Positions 35,680-45,387 of a DNA stretch of 64,000 nucleotides are shown here, piece after piece (positions within the stretch are counted from its first letter, which is position 1; each line of letters begins with the position of its first letter). Source of the DNA: a virus (lineage: Duplodnaviria; Caudoviricetes); the IMG/VR virus record IMGVR_UViG_3300020366_000001, positions 32,001 through 96,000 of that record; one strand, written 5' to 3'. Under the pieces are notes generated by a model. That model saw only the letters and a list, made by a program, of their open reading frames with translations. It ran no database searches and was not told the DNA's origin. The position numbers were made by a program, and so were the translations under genes.

Positions 35680-36470
35680 AACGCTTCAAATCCTTCATTG
35701 AAACCGAAGTTATCGTCAGGGTGCACATATGAATCATCAGCTGTGGTAATCTGACCATCGCCATCATAATCCTTTTTCGCTTTGGGAGTATATGTGAGGC
35801 GAGTATTCTTGCGACGGGTACCGTCTCCAAGATCTCCAATTTCTGCAATCGATTTTTTGATGACGCCAATATTGGTCATAGGACCATAGAGGTATGTCTT
35901 TACAGAAAACTGCAGACGATACTCCAGGTAGCGGCGCTGTCTAAAATCCCCATCATATTGATCAGTGTAATCAACACTGTTGAGAACTACAGGACAATCC
36001 TTTACTTCATCCATATCAGGAATCATCTTGATAGGAAGATTGAATGATGGTTGAAAGTAAGGAAGAATCTGTTCTAAAATAGCAAGACCGTCATCTTGTG
36101 ATTTTGCCAGAATGCCTAATTCAAAACCAATATTATATGGCACAGGCATATATTGTTTACGTACTCCACCAGTAGCATCGTCAGTCTTTCTGTAAGTCTG
36201 AACAGGACTAGTTTTACGAGTAGCATCGTATGTGTAACTCGTCATCTCAAAGTACATTCTAGGAAGAGTCATCTGAGACTGTTTATCCAGATTCGGAAGA
36301 TCTTCTAGACGTGCCAAAAATTTGTCCCTAGGACCATATGCCAGGGGGACTTTTTCTCGGACGATTTCATTACCATTTTCGTCCAGGTCACGGAGTTCGA
36401 CATTATTGAAAATTGTGCCGAATGCGATAACCGTACGACGAATGGTACCGTTATAAAAGTACTGTAACAT
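35676..36470 (-). CDS. gp15: Tail terminator / sheath stabiliser gp15
   Basis: FGTIFNN, VPLAYGP..KFLARL, LPRM.FE, EQILPYFQP. Confidence 0.95.
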   Translation of the reverse strand: MLQYFYNGTIRRTVIAFGTIFNNVELRDLDENGNEIVREKVPLAYGPRDKFLARLEDLPNLDKQSQMTLPRMYFEMTSYTYDATRKTSPVQTYRKTDDATGGVRKQYMPVPYNIGFELGILAKSQDDGLAILEQILPYFQPSFNLPIKMIPDMDEVKDCPVVLNSVDYTDQYDGDFRQRRYLEYRLQFSVKTYLYGPMTNIGVIKKSIAEIGDLGDGTRRKNTRLTYTPKAKKDYDGDGQITTADDSYVHPDDNFGFNEGFEAL

Positions 36471-37333
36471 TAGAAACTACCTGTCTTATTACCGATTTCG
36501 CCAAAGGGATTTCTCTCAGAGAAGTCAATGACATCATCTGCTTTGAATTCAATTGTGGCGTTATCGTCATACTGAACACTCTCTATAGTGATAGTAGTAA
36601 ACGATTGAATGGTACCGCTGCCATTTGGACCAGTGATGACTTCGTTCTCTTGGAACGATCCCTTAGGATAGACAACGGTAAGTTTACCAGTGCCAGCATC
36701 AAAGTCTACAACAGTACCAGAAGCACCACCAGCGGACGTAAAGTCTTCACCCTCAGAGAAGGTGCCAGTCACATTGGTAAGTGTGATTGGGAAGGTATAT
36801 GCTTCTCTTTCTAACTGATCAACAGCAGCATCGCCAGTATCAAAGAGAGTGTTGCCACGCTCCATAATCTCAGCGGTGATTGTGTAGAAATACACTTTCC
36901 CCAATTGGAAGAAAGGCATTTCTTTCTCAACGAATTTGATCTCATAGTTATCCCCTGTTAAGGGATAGTGAATGATGTCACCTTCGTTAGGACGATCAGG
37001 TAGTTGTGGATTAGCAGCATCAACTTCACTCCACCTGTTGACAGAAACAACAAACGTTGCTTCGTCGGTGATGCGAAGACCGAACTTGGATACAAGTTCT
37101 GCTCCCATTCCACCAAATCCTTCTACATTTTGCAGAAGCATTTCTACAACATATATATCCTCAAACTTCGATAGAATGACATCATTCAAGACATCATCCT
37201 TGATCATCACCCGAGGAATGTATTTGACATCACTGCCAAATAGTTTGATTTGCTCATCTACAAGATCTTGTACAAGACCCTGCTCACCTGCAGTGCCACC
37301 GTGTAACGTTGGGAAGTAAGGACTAGTAGGCAT
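36470..37333 (-). CDS. gp14: Neck protein gp14
   Basis: EQGLVQDLVDEQIK.FG.DV.YIPR, SKFGL, RPNEGD, FSERNPFG. Confidence 0.95.
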   Translation of the reverse strand: MPTSPYFPTLHGGTAGEQGLVQDLVDEQIKLFGSDVKYIPRVMIKDDVLNDVILSKFEDIYVVEMLLQNVEGFGGMGAELVSKFGLRITDEATFVVSVNRWSEVDAANPQLPDRPNEGDIIHYPLTGDNYEIKFVEKEMPFFQLGKVYFYTITAEIMERGNTLFDTGDAAVDQLEREAYTFPITLTNVTGTFSEGEDFTSAGGASGTVVDFDAGTGKLTVVYPKGSFQENEVITGPNGSGTIQSFTTITIESVQYDDNATIEFKADDVIDFSERNPFGEIGNKTGSF

Positions 37334-38136
37334 TATCCGATCAGATCAAGGGGAGGAAGAGCGTAAGTAGAAAGGATCTGTTCTTCTATCTTTTCTAATT
37401 CAGCAACTGCTTCCGTGTAGATTTTATCTCCGTTAAGAGTAATTCCACCAGGAAGTTGAACGTTGTTGTACTTAGTCAAGTTAGTACCCCACTGCCGTTT
37501 TATAAGAGCAGTGAGATACTTTTTGAGGAATGGATCGTTGTAGACTTGAGTGTATGTGTTGGGATCTAAAGCACGATAACACTCAATGATAAGGAATTCT
37601 CCTTCTTTAATATCTTCAGATGCTGTATCAAGATAGAGACGATCTTGTCTCTGGTTAAATCTATACTGGATAAACGTGCCGTTGTTCAGCACAAAATCAA
37701 GAGTCTCCAGATAACTCTTGGTCATATAATAGTTGAGGATATCAATAGACCCAAAGTGATAGAGGTCGTTAAGAAAAATTTGATACTCAATCCCAAAAAG
37801 ATTACCTCTAATACCACTAGACTTAATACCAAAAATGCGATTAATCCCATAAACGTGTTCAGGGACAGGGATATAGTTATCCCTTTCAACCCAGTCGGTA
37901 GAACCCACCGTGGTAGTTTGGTTTGACGTTTTGAATCTAGTGACATCATCAGCAGTTATTTCGTGTTTCAACAGCATCTTCTCTGTGCCGTTGTAAGTCC
38001 ACTCAGCAAACTTCTGTAAGGCATCATCAGTCAGGTCATCAATCTGCTCAGTTGCCACATTCACCTGCAGCACAGGTTGACCTAATTGCCTTAGACAATA
38101 TGCTTGTAATTCAGCTCTCGTACTTGGTGACGCCAT
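37333..38136 (-). CDS. gp13: Neck protein gp13
   Basis: YCLRQLGQPV..VNV, LKKY.TALIKRQWG.NL.K, LPGGITLNG. Confidence 0.95.
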   Translation of the reverse strand: MASPSTRAELQAYCLRQLGQPVLQVNVATEQIDDLTDDALQKFAEWTYNGTEKMLLKHEITADDVTRFKTSNQTTTVGSTDWVERDNYIPVPEHVYGINRIFGIKSSGIRGNLFGIEYQIFLNDLYHFGSIDILNYYMTKSYLETLDFVLNNGTFIQYRFNQRQDRLYLDTASEDIKEGEFLIIECYRALDPNTYTQVYNDPFLKKYLTALIKRQWGTNLTKYNNVQLPGGITLNGDKIYTEAVAELEKIEEQILSTYALPPLDLIG

Positions 38137-38141
38137 CACAC

Positions 38142-38180
38142 AAAAATACCCTTCATATCTATTTAGACGTGAAGGGTATT
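38142..38180 (-). promoter_or_regulatory. 11-bp hairpin with late promoter CTAAATA in its loop, upstream of gp13
   Basis: AATACCCTTCA / TGAAGGGTATT perfect inverted repeat; loop CGTCTAAATAGATA. Confidence 0.75.
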
Positions 38181-38198
38181 GAGGTTATGATGTGATGG

Positions 38199-38426
38199 TC
38201 AGGAAGGAGTAGTCTCTGTGAGGAGTTCTCGTTCGACTTCTTCAGATTCTGCAACGGGTGCTTGCTGATCTTGCAGAATGTTCAAACCCTCAACAGCGCC
38301 TTGAAGCTTGAGATAACGCTCCTTTGCAGTATTGAGTTTGGTCTCCATCTCTGCAATTTCCTTCATCAGATCTTTCATCTGCGAAGAAAAATTAACAATT
38401 AGTTCTTCGGTATTCATCGTGGACAT
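38199..38426 (-). CDS. Small coiled-coil protein
   Basis: Heptad pattern ending in KERYLKLQGAVEGL. Confidence 0.75.
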   Translation of the reverse strand: MSTMNTEELIVNFSSQMKDLMKEIAEMETKLNTAKERYLKLQGAVEGLNILQDQQAPVAESEEVERELLTETTPS

Positions 38427-38430
38427 TAGA

Positions 38431-38461
38431 GAAAAAAAGAAGGGGGCGTAAGTGCCCCCCT
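38431..38461 (-). terminator. Rho-independent terminator after the 1792-aa structural gene
   Basis: GGGGGC-ACTTAC-GCCCCC followed by TTCTTTTTTT. Confidence 0.75.
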
Positions 38462-38503
38462 AGTATAGAGTATTTAGTTGTCTTCGTCAATCGGTTTCCC
38501 GAA

Positions 38504-41500
38504 TTATGCCTGAGACTCACTCCAGGAAATACGACCCGTGACGGTAAAGGGTGAGGAGTTGTTCACACCCGTAAGGTCCACAGGTTCGGCAACCACAGTC
38601 AGGAGGTCAGGTCCGTTCGGGAAGATACCGTCGCCACCAAGGATGGAGTTACCCATCTCAATGATAGAACTAATATCGTACGAGGTAGAACCAGTACCAC
38701 GCTTACCAGTGTTGTCGATCGAACCACCAGCAGCACGGAAGGAGAAGATCTCAAGACCGCCTGCGTAGGTGTCATCCACCGTGTGCTTGATCAACTGGGA
38801 CAGTGACGGAGGTGCCACATCCAAGTAAGTATCAGACGAGAGCGATGGGTTCAGGATCAGTTTGACCTCACACTCGTGCGTGTTCACAACGTCAAGAGAG
38901 TTGAGTTGCAACTGCATTCGGTTGATGATCTCACGTTCACCCAGTGAACCAGACAGGGAGGAGTCCACAGAAGGAGACAGGCGAATAGACACCAGCGGAA
39001 TCTGCGAAGGCACCGTGTTGTCCGTACCCGCGACTGCACCAACAGCGAAGGTGGTGGAGGAAGGAACAGACGGGTTACCAACATCACCGTAGATGATGTT
39101 ATATCCTCTGTTGTACTGGAAGGTAGTGTTGCCGTTAGCATCGATGTACTGGAAGTCAACCTCCAGGCGACCAGAAGAAACTCTGGAACGATAGATCGAG
39201 CGACCATCCACCCACCAACCGTTACCAACAGTTGCCTGATACACGGTAGTACCCTGTGTCAGTTTGCTAGCTTCACTAGTTGGGAAGTACGTTCTGATGT
39301 AGAAGCGCATATTACGTGACCAACCTTCACCGATCTGCCACTGAGACAGAACCGTGGAGTTCTGGTTGGTTTGTGCACTTTGCGCAACTTCGTTGGTGAA
39401 CTTAAGCAGGTTACCAGATGCAGTGAACAGGTACGCTTTATCACTGTCGAATCTACCATCAGTGATAACGGAAGTACCCCAGTGGAACAGGGACGGAATG
39501 AACGTCGGAATTCCAGTGTTCTCAATCTCATAACGTGCGGGCAAGTTACCAGATCTGAAGTATGCTTCCGTCAAGCGGTTGTTGTGCTTGAATTCGTGCA
39601 CGTACTTCACGTGACCGTTCTGATCCTTGAATCCGAAGCGGATCTTACCTGCACCATACCAGGAGTAGTCCATATACGCCATCTGGATCTTAGTAATATC
39701 CAGAATGAAACCAGAAGGACCAGACCCGTCACAGTTGTCGTGGTTCCAAGAACCCTGAGGTGCCTTGGTGTTGATCGTCTTCGTGAGGATGATGTTGGAA
39801 GCAGTGATACCCTTGTACTGCGGTTGGATAACCAGTTGGTTATCGTTGACCACGCGGATAACCTTGTGGGACTGACCACGGATAACAATGAAGTCACCGT
39901 CAGACAGCTGCGAGAGGAATGCGGTGTCATCACCCGTAACCACGTTGTTGTTTCTAGTCACAGACACGCGACCAGTCAACTGAGTGGTGGAGGAACGACG
40001 GACACAGTTCAGAACGGAACCATCGTACTCGAAGTACATACCATTCTGGAAGTCGTACATACCGCAGCGGACATTGGAGTTAACCCAGTTGAGTACGTGA
40101 TACCCGAGGAAACCACCTGCAGCAGATGCAGTAGGTGCATTATCGAGAAGGAACGTGAAGGTAAACTCGTTAACGACAGTGGCGACACTACAACCACCGT
40201 TGTAGGAATCGTCTGTAGCATCCACGAAGCGCAGGTTGGTGCCAACCTCAAGGTTGTGCGGCAGCTTCGTCTCGACGATAACGCGGTGATAGGTCGTACC
40301 ATCCACGTAAGGCGAGTAGTATGCGCGTACAGCGGGTTGTTTCGGACAGAAGTTGATAGCGAGTGAACACTGGATACCTTTACCTGACTGGTAACGGAAG
40401 TATCTACGTGTCTGTCTAACAATCTGACCGTCAGGAGACTTACTAGTACCGATCTCCATACCACCGTCAAACGGTCTGTGGAGGAAGAATCCATCTGGTC
40501 GCACGTAAATGGCGGTGTCGATGAAGTACTCGGTATTACCAGCAGAGTTGACAGCACCTGTCGTGAAGGTTGCTGGGTCCGCGAGAAGAAGTTCCGTATC
40601 GTCTTTAATTGCAGAGATGGTAGTCTCAACAACAGTAAACGTTGTAGCAGAGTTGTTATCGATATAACGGAAAGTATCGTTAACTTTGAAGAATCTGGTG
40701 AAGGTGGTATCGGTACCAGTCACGATTCTAGAACCAGACTGAGTAGCGATAGTACCGCCGCCCACGACCTGTCCATCCATATTGGTATGGATCAGTTTCT
40801 GCAGAGGAGTCTGCGAACCACCAGTAGTGAAGTTAACGAAAGTACCTGCAACTGCAAGTGCTGCAGTCTCAGCAAGTTGGATGTGATCTTGGTCAACCAC
40901 GATCACGAAGTAGTCGCGGTTATCAGTCAGACCACCGATGGTAGTACCACCAGCATCCTGATAGATGAGACGTTGACCAGTCTTCATAAAGTGATCTTGG
41001 ATATTCAACGTGTGGTTGGTAGTATCAACGTTACCGCCGCTACCAGTGTCACGTGCGTCGAAGGTCTTAGTCGTAGGAACGATCTGGAAAGGAACTTCAA
41101 CAACCAGTTGAGTATCAGACTTAACTTCGTTGACGTTGTATGCACCGTCAGTAGCACCGAACGCAGCAGTCTGGTTCTCAAACACTTGATTACCAGAACC
41201 AGCAGAAGTAACGTCAATAGCACTTCCAGGATAGCTGAAGGAAGCAGAGTTACCCAGAGCGAAACGATCGTTAGAAACGACCTTCACGTAGTACTGAGAG
41301 TTCGGAGTCAGGTTGCCAATTGCAGTACCTGCAGTGGTGTAGAACAGACGCTCACCATCAGACAGGTTATGGTTCTCATAGTAGAAGGAGTTACGTAAGG
41401 GGTTAGCAAACGTACCAGTCATACCATAGACACCACGTGCATCAATAAGGCGATATGGTGAAGAACCAGTGCTAGACTTAATTCTGAAGCGGTTATCATC

Positions 41501-43882
41501 CACACGCTCCACATACACAGTTGCAGGGAGAGTCAACGTGGCGATATTGCTCTCGTTAGAATAGTAACGAGGATCAGCACCAGAGACCTTAGTAATGGTA
41601 ACGGAGTCGTTAGTAACGGCACCGTGAGATTCTGCGTAGAAAGTATCGTCATCATTAGAACGATCCTGAACCAGCATTAAGAATGCGTTACCATAGTAGT
41701 CTTGGTTGTAGTTCCAAACCCAGGAACCGTGACCACGATAGTATGCCCACCACCAGTCGTAACCATATCTGAAGTGGAAACCAGCGTCATTACTCATAGA
41801 GTAGTTGTAACGCCATCTGTTAGACCAGTAAGTACTTCTGTCGTACAGAGGATTCCAGCGACCATTGGTAAGAGCCGTCTCAGACTCAGGCAGATAGTCA
41901 CCATAGTTCCAACCAGGAGACCAACCCCAAACGGAGTTACCACCGTTATACCAGTTGTTGTTGAAACGACCGTCGTAATTGGAGTTATTCAGTTCGCCAG
42001 AACCATTGTACTGACGACGGTTCATCGTCAGGTAGTAACAGCGGTTCCACTGAGAGTTGGAAATACCACGGTTGCTGCTGACATCCCAGAAGTCGCGACC
42101 AGAGTTGTTGGCACCATAGTTCCACGCCATCCAACGATAACGCCAATACCAGTCCCACCAGGGTTTTTCATCGGTAAGGTATCTGTGAACCAGAGCGAAG
42201 TTATGCTTACCGTAAGTATACGTTGCAGCATTTCCTTGCAAGGAACTACCATCATTCTCCAGATTGATGATACCGTTCTGACCAGGGTTACCACCGTTGG
42301 TAGCAGCGAAGTAAGCGTTAGACAGTTTAATAACTGCAGTACCACCATCAGCGGATGAAGTAGATTCAACTCTGGTGTAGTACACACCGTTACGCTGGAG
42401 GTTTTCAATACAATAATCTCCAGGGTTCGGATAGTACAGCATACAGTATCTGTTACGAATACTGTTTGCGTTCGTACCCGTCAGGGTGATAGTGCTGTTG
42501 GTATAGTCAATGTTGGAATCATCGACAGTCCACAGTGCAGTCGGTTTGTGATCATATGGTTGGAACTCAGCCATATTCGGGTTGATAGTACCCGAGAAGG
42601 TGTTCTCATAGTCGATCACAGGACGACCATCAGGTGCCTGAGCAGTACCATTGTTAATGCTCAGAATCTTCGGAGAAATCGTATTCACGAAGTACAGAGA
42701 AGTACCGTTCTTGAATCCGTTCTCGTAAGAGGTAGACAGAACCACTTTAGTAGTGGTTGCAGGAGTGAAGTTGATCTCAAAACCAACTCCAGTGTTGCTA
42801 GGTGTAGCATCATATGCATACAACGTAGCAGGGGTGTTATCGGTAACGTAAATACGAACATAAGAGCCCGCAGTACCTTCAGTACCGTTAACATACACAC
42901 CATCAGTGTAAGCAACACCACCACCGTGGATACCATCGGCAGTAGTAGAAACACGGAATGGGTGACCGATGAGAGTAGAGCTACTCACATCGAAAATATA
43001 CATACCGTTCTTGTTCAGAACGAATGGGTCTCCACCAGGAATGTTGCCGTCAATAGAGAAGTAATCTTGTCCACCTGCATTCTCAACAGTGACGGTATAT
43101 TCAAACGTATCAGCAACGATGCCCTTATCTGTTTCCAGGGTAATGGCAGAACCCTCATAAAACAGACCAGGAATGATAGAGGTGTAAGAACCAGCAACGT
43201 TAGCAGTAATAGACTGCGTTGCACGAGACTTATACGTAAAAGTGGTCGGAGTAGGTACCGACTGAATAAGATAGGTACCCTCAGCGGTGGTTGATGCCAG
43301 ACCAGTAACCACAATAGGAATACCAGCAGTCAGAGAGTGCTCGTATAAGGTGGTAACTGTAACCTGCGAGGAGGTAGCAGTAGTAGCGACACTTTCGATA
43401 TAAGGAATCGTGGTGTCAGAAGTAGACGAATAAGTAGAAGGAATGTTGTTAACTAACTGCAGCGTCTCCCACTTAGTTGCCTGCGGACCATATTCAAAGT
43501 CCGTGTCAATCATAGTTTCGGGGTTTGACACCCTCAACTTAGACACTGGATCGACGAATGTTTCCGACGGTTCAAATTCTGCAGCGTGACTTTCGATGAA
43601 GATCTGAAGTTGATCAGTCGATGCCATCGTGCTAGTATCAGTAGCAAATTTGATGACCGTCTGTTCAAACTCCGAATTGAAGTCACAACCAGTTGTATCT
43701 GCAGTTGCTTGGAATCCCTTAGTAGGGTCCGAGAAGTTATACAGAATCTGGTTTTTTGTTACGTTGGTGATGAGCAGAACTCTCTCACCAGTAACGTTGT
43801 CGTTGATAGTTACCGTGCCTCCCGTCAACGATACGGGATCATATGGCACAAATGTATAATCTGTGACTAGTTTCTTTGCCAT
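38504..43882 (-). CDS. Large virion structural / tail-appendage protein, 1792 aa
   Basis: N-terminal LLITNVT..ILYNFSDP, KLRVSNPETMIDTDFEYG.Q.TKWE, RQTRRYFRYQSGKG; repeated beta modules; CTAAATA at 43903-43909. Confidence 0.85.
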   Translation of the reverse strand: MAKKLVTDYTFVPYDPVSLTGGTVTINDNVTGERVLLITNVTKNQILYNFSDPTKGFQATADTTGCDFNSEFEQTVIKFATDTSTMASTDQLQIFIESHAAEFEPSETFVDPVSKLRVSNPETMIDTDFEYGPQATKWETLQLVNNIPSTYSSTSDTTIPYIESVATTATSSQVTVTTLYEHSLTAGIPIVVTGLASTTAEGTYLIQSVPTPTTFTYKSRATQSITANVAGSYTSIIPGLFYEGSAITLETDKGIVADTFEYTVTVENAGGQDYFSIDGNIPGGDPFVLNKNGMYIFDVSSSTLIGHPFRVSTTADGIHGGGVAYTDGVYVNGTEGTAGSYVRIYVTDNTPATLYAYDATPSNTGVGFEINFTPATTTKVVLSTSYENGFKNGTSLYFVNTISPKILSINNGTAQAPDGRPVIDYENTFSGTINPNMAEFQPYDHKPTALWTVDDSNIDYTNSTITLTGTNANSIRNRYCMLYYPNPGDYCIENLQRNGVYYTRVESTSSADGGTAVIKLSNAYFAATNGGNPGQNGIINLENDGSSLQGNAATYTYGKHNFALVHRYLTDEKPWWDWYWRYRWMAWNYGANNSGRDFWDVSSNRGISNSQWNRCYYLTMNRRQYNGSGELNNSNYDGRFNNNWYNGGNSVWGWSPGWNYGDYLPESETALTNGRWNPLYDRSTYWSNRWRYNYSMSNDAGFHFRYGYDWWWAYYRGHGSWVWNYNQDYYGNAFLMLVQDRSNDDDTFYAESHGAVTNDSVTITKVSGADPRYYSNESNIATLTLPATVYVERVDDNRFRIKSSTGSSPYRLIDARGVYGMTGTFANPLRNSFYYENHNLSDGERLFYTTAGTAIGNLTPNSQYYVKVVSNDRFALGNSASFSYPGSAIDVTSAGSGNQVFENQTAAFGATDGAYNVNEVKSDTQLVVEVPFQIVPTTKTFDARDTGSGGNVDTTNHTLNIQDHFMKTGQRLIYQDAGGTTIGGLTDNRDYFVIVVDQDHIQLAETAALAVAGTFVNFTTGGSQTPLQKLIHTNMDGQVVGGGTIATQSGSRIVTGTDTTFTRFFKVNDTFRYIDNNSATTFTVVETTISAIKDDTELLLADPATFTTGAVNSAGNTEYFIDTAIYVRPDGFFLHRPFDGGMEIGTSKSPDGQIVRQTRRYFRYQSGKGIQCSLAINFCPKQPAVRAYYSPYVDGTTYHRVIVETKLPHNLEVGTNLRFVDATDDSYNGGCSVATVVNEFTFTFLLDNAPTASAAGGFLGYHVLNWVNSNVRCGMYDFQNGMYFEYDGSVLNCVRRSSTTQLTGRVSVTRNNNVVTGDDTAFLSQLSDGDFIVIRGQSHKVIRVVNDNQLVIQPQYKGITASNIILTKTINTKAPQGSWNHDNCDGSGPSGFILDITKIQMAYMDYSWYGAGKIRFGFKDQNGHVKYVHEFKHNNRLTEAYFRSGNLPARYEIENTGIPTFIPSLFHWGTSVITDGRFDSDKAYLFTASGNLLKFTNEVAQSAQTNQNSTVLSQWQIGEGWSRNMRFYIRTYFPTSEASKLTQGTTVYQATVGNGWWVDGRSIYRSRVSSGRLEVDFQYIDANGNTTFQYNRGYNIIYGDVGNPSVPSSTTFAVGAVAGTDNTVPSQIPLVSIRLSPSVDSSLSGSLGEREIINRMQLQLNSLDVVNTHECEVKLILNPSLSSDTYLDVAPPSLSQLIKHTVDDTYAGGLEIFSFRAAGGSIDNTGKRGTGSTSYDISSIIEMGNSILGGDGIFPNGPDLLTVVAEPVDLTGVNNSSPFTVTGRISWSESQA

Positions 43883-43916
43883 TTTTGGACCCTAGGTTCT
43901 TGTATTTAGAGGTAAT

Positions 43917-44144
43917 TCAACCACCAAGTGCGATGGACAACGCAGCGATCTGTGATGTGATACCCACACCACCGATTTTAAAAGTCTTGTTCGTGCCCGT
44001 TAGGTTCACGTCGCCACCGATGTCCAGGTCCCCAGTGATGTTCCCCGTCGCAATGTTGCGCAGGTTTCTTGACCCGTCAACGATTTCTGTGCCAGCGACC
44101 GCTAAACCGTTCTTGGCATTAAAATTGATGTTTGACGTTGCCAT
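43917..44144 (-). CDS. Small fibre-associated protein
   Basis: N-terminal FNAKNGL and C-terminal IAALSIALGG; TATAAATA at 44193-44200. Confidence 0.75.
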   Translation of the reverse strand: MATSNINFNAKNGLAVAGTEIVDGSRNLRNIATGNITGDLDIGGDVNLTGTNKTFKIGGVGITSQIAALSIALGG

Positions 44145-44203
44145 CGTGGTTCCCTTTCCCCCCGATAGTATCGGATATAGGTTTTCAAATTCTATTTATA
44201 CAA

Positions 44204-45370
44204 TCACACATTCATTGAGAATCGTGTAAATTGAATGAAAGTACCTACAGTAGACGTTGCTTTCACCAGAACATTACTGCCACTCATCTCTACATCGAAA
44301 GTAGCAACTGCATTACCAGGATTGGTGTGAACGTCAGCAAACATAGTGACGAAAGCATCAGTACCATTATGAGTCACAATGATCTCACTGGTGGAAACAT
44401 TGCCGCCATATGAAGCGTGCACCAGATATTTTGCTCCTCTTACGCTAGCACCTGCCAAGGTATCAAACGTCTCCGTGGCGCTAGTCGTAGTAACAGTTCC
44501 TGCAGAAATACCAGTGTAATCGGTGATGTTAATATGATCACTGTTATTATTAGTCTCGATTAAAACTCGATCACTAGTTTTAATTTGACCTGTAACGGTA
44601 ACAGCATTGGTAGCAATTACATCTTGCATCAAATGAATTGAAGAAGCTCTAAGTTCTAAAGATGCAGATGCTTGACCACCTCTATGCAAAGAAAGATTAG
44701 TGTTAGAAGTGCTGATCTCTGTATATGCAGCGTCTTCTTTAATGGTCAGCGCATTGTTGAGAAGACATTCGTCATTTGCTAACTGAATAGAACCCAGGAG
44801 ATCTAAAGCAGTAGATCTCAGAACTAAGTTATCGTTAGAACCAGTAATTAAAGATCTATTACTGGATGTGCCAAACACGACACTATTGGTGGGACTGATC
44901 TCAAGATCACCACCAGAAAGACTTAAAAGATTAAATGGAGATGCAGTACCAATACCAACACGGTGATTGATTTCATCTACCACAAGAGTAGAACTATCAA
45001 TAGCGATAGCACCATTAACCAGAAGACCACCCATTGTAAAGGTGCCACCCTGATTAAGTTTTACCGAATTGATGGTACCGTCAGAAGGTTCACCAACATC
45101 GATAGTGTCACCGATCACCAGTCCAAAGAAGTCAATACCTGGGTTCGGTGGATCAGAGAATGTAATCTGATCATTATTGATTTGATAAGCAACGTTCGCT
45201 TCCTGCAGAACACCACCGAGGGAGATAAGAAGTTGCAGTGGCGAACCAGGATAGATTACCTGCCCACCAACACGCAAATTGAAGATGTTCTGCACACCGT
45301 TAAACTGTGCAGCAACGTCATCCAACTTGCGGATATTACCAATTTTGGGAGTAACGCCTAGATACGCCAT
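44204..45370 (-). CDS. Tail fibre-like protein
   Basis: MAYLG..., LDDVAAQFNG, LLISLGGVLQ, RVGIGTASP; C-terminal AKYLV...SEIIVTHNGT domain. Confidence 0.8.
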   Translation of the reverse strand: MAYLGVTPKIGNIRKLDDVAAQFNGVQNIFNLRVGGQVIYPGSPLQLLISLGGVLQEANVAYQINNDQITFSDPPNPGIDFFGLVIGDTIDVGEPSDGTINSVKLNQGGTFTMGGLLVNGAIAIDSSTLVVDEINHRVGIGTASPFNLLSLSGGDLEISPTNSVVFGTSSNRSLITGSNDNLVLRSTALDLLGSIQLANDECLLNNALTIKEDAAYTEISTSNTNLSLHRGGQASASLELRASSIHLMQDVIATNAVTVTGQIKTSDRVLIETNNNSDHINITDYTGISAGTVTTTSATETFDTLAGASVRGAKYLVHASYGGNVSTSEIIVTHNGTDAFVTMFADVHTNPGNAVATFDVEMSGSNVLVKATSTVGTFIQFTRFSMNV

Positions 45371-45387
45371 TTCTTTTTAATTATTTA

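Noticed and set aside
41681-42188. Possible diversity-generating retroelement target (AAC/TAC/TGG-rich)
   Set aside because: No near-identical template repeat or reverse transcriptase is seen in the window, and the segment is internal rather than C-terminal. The rest of the genome was not visible.
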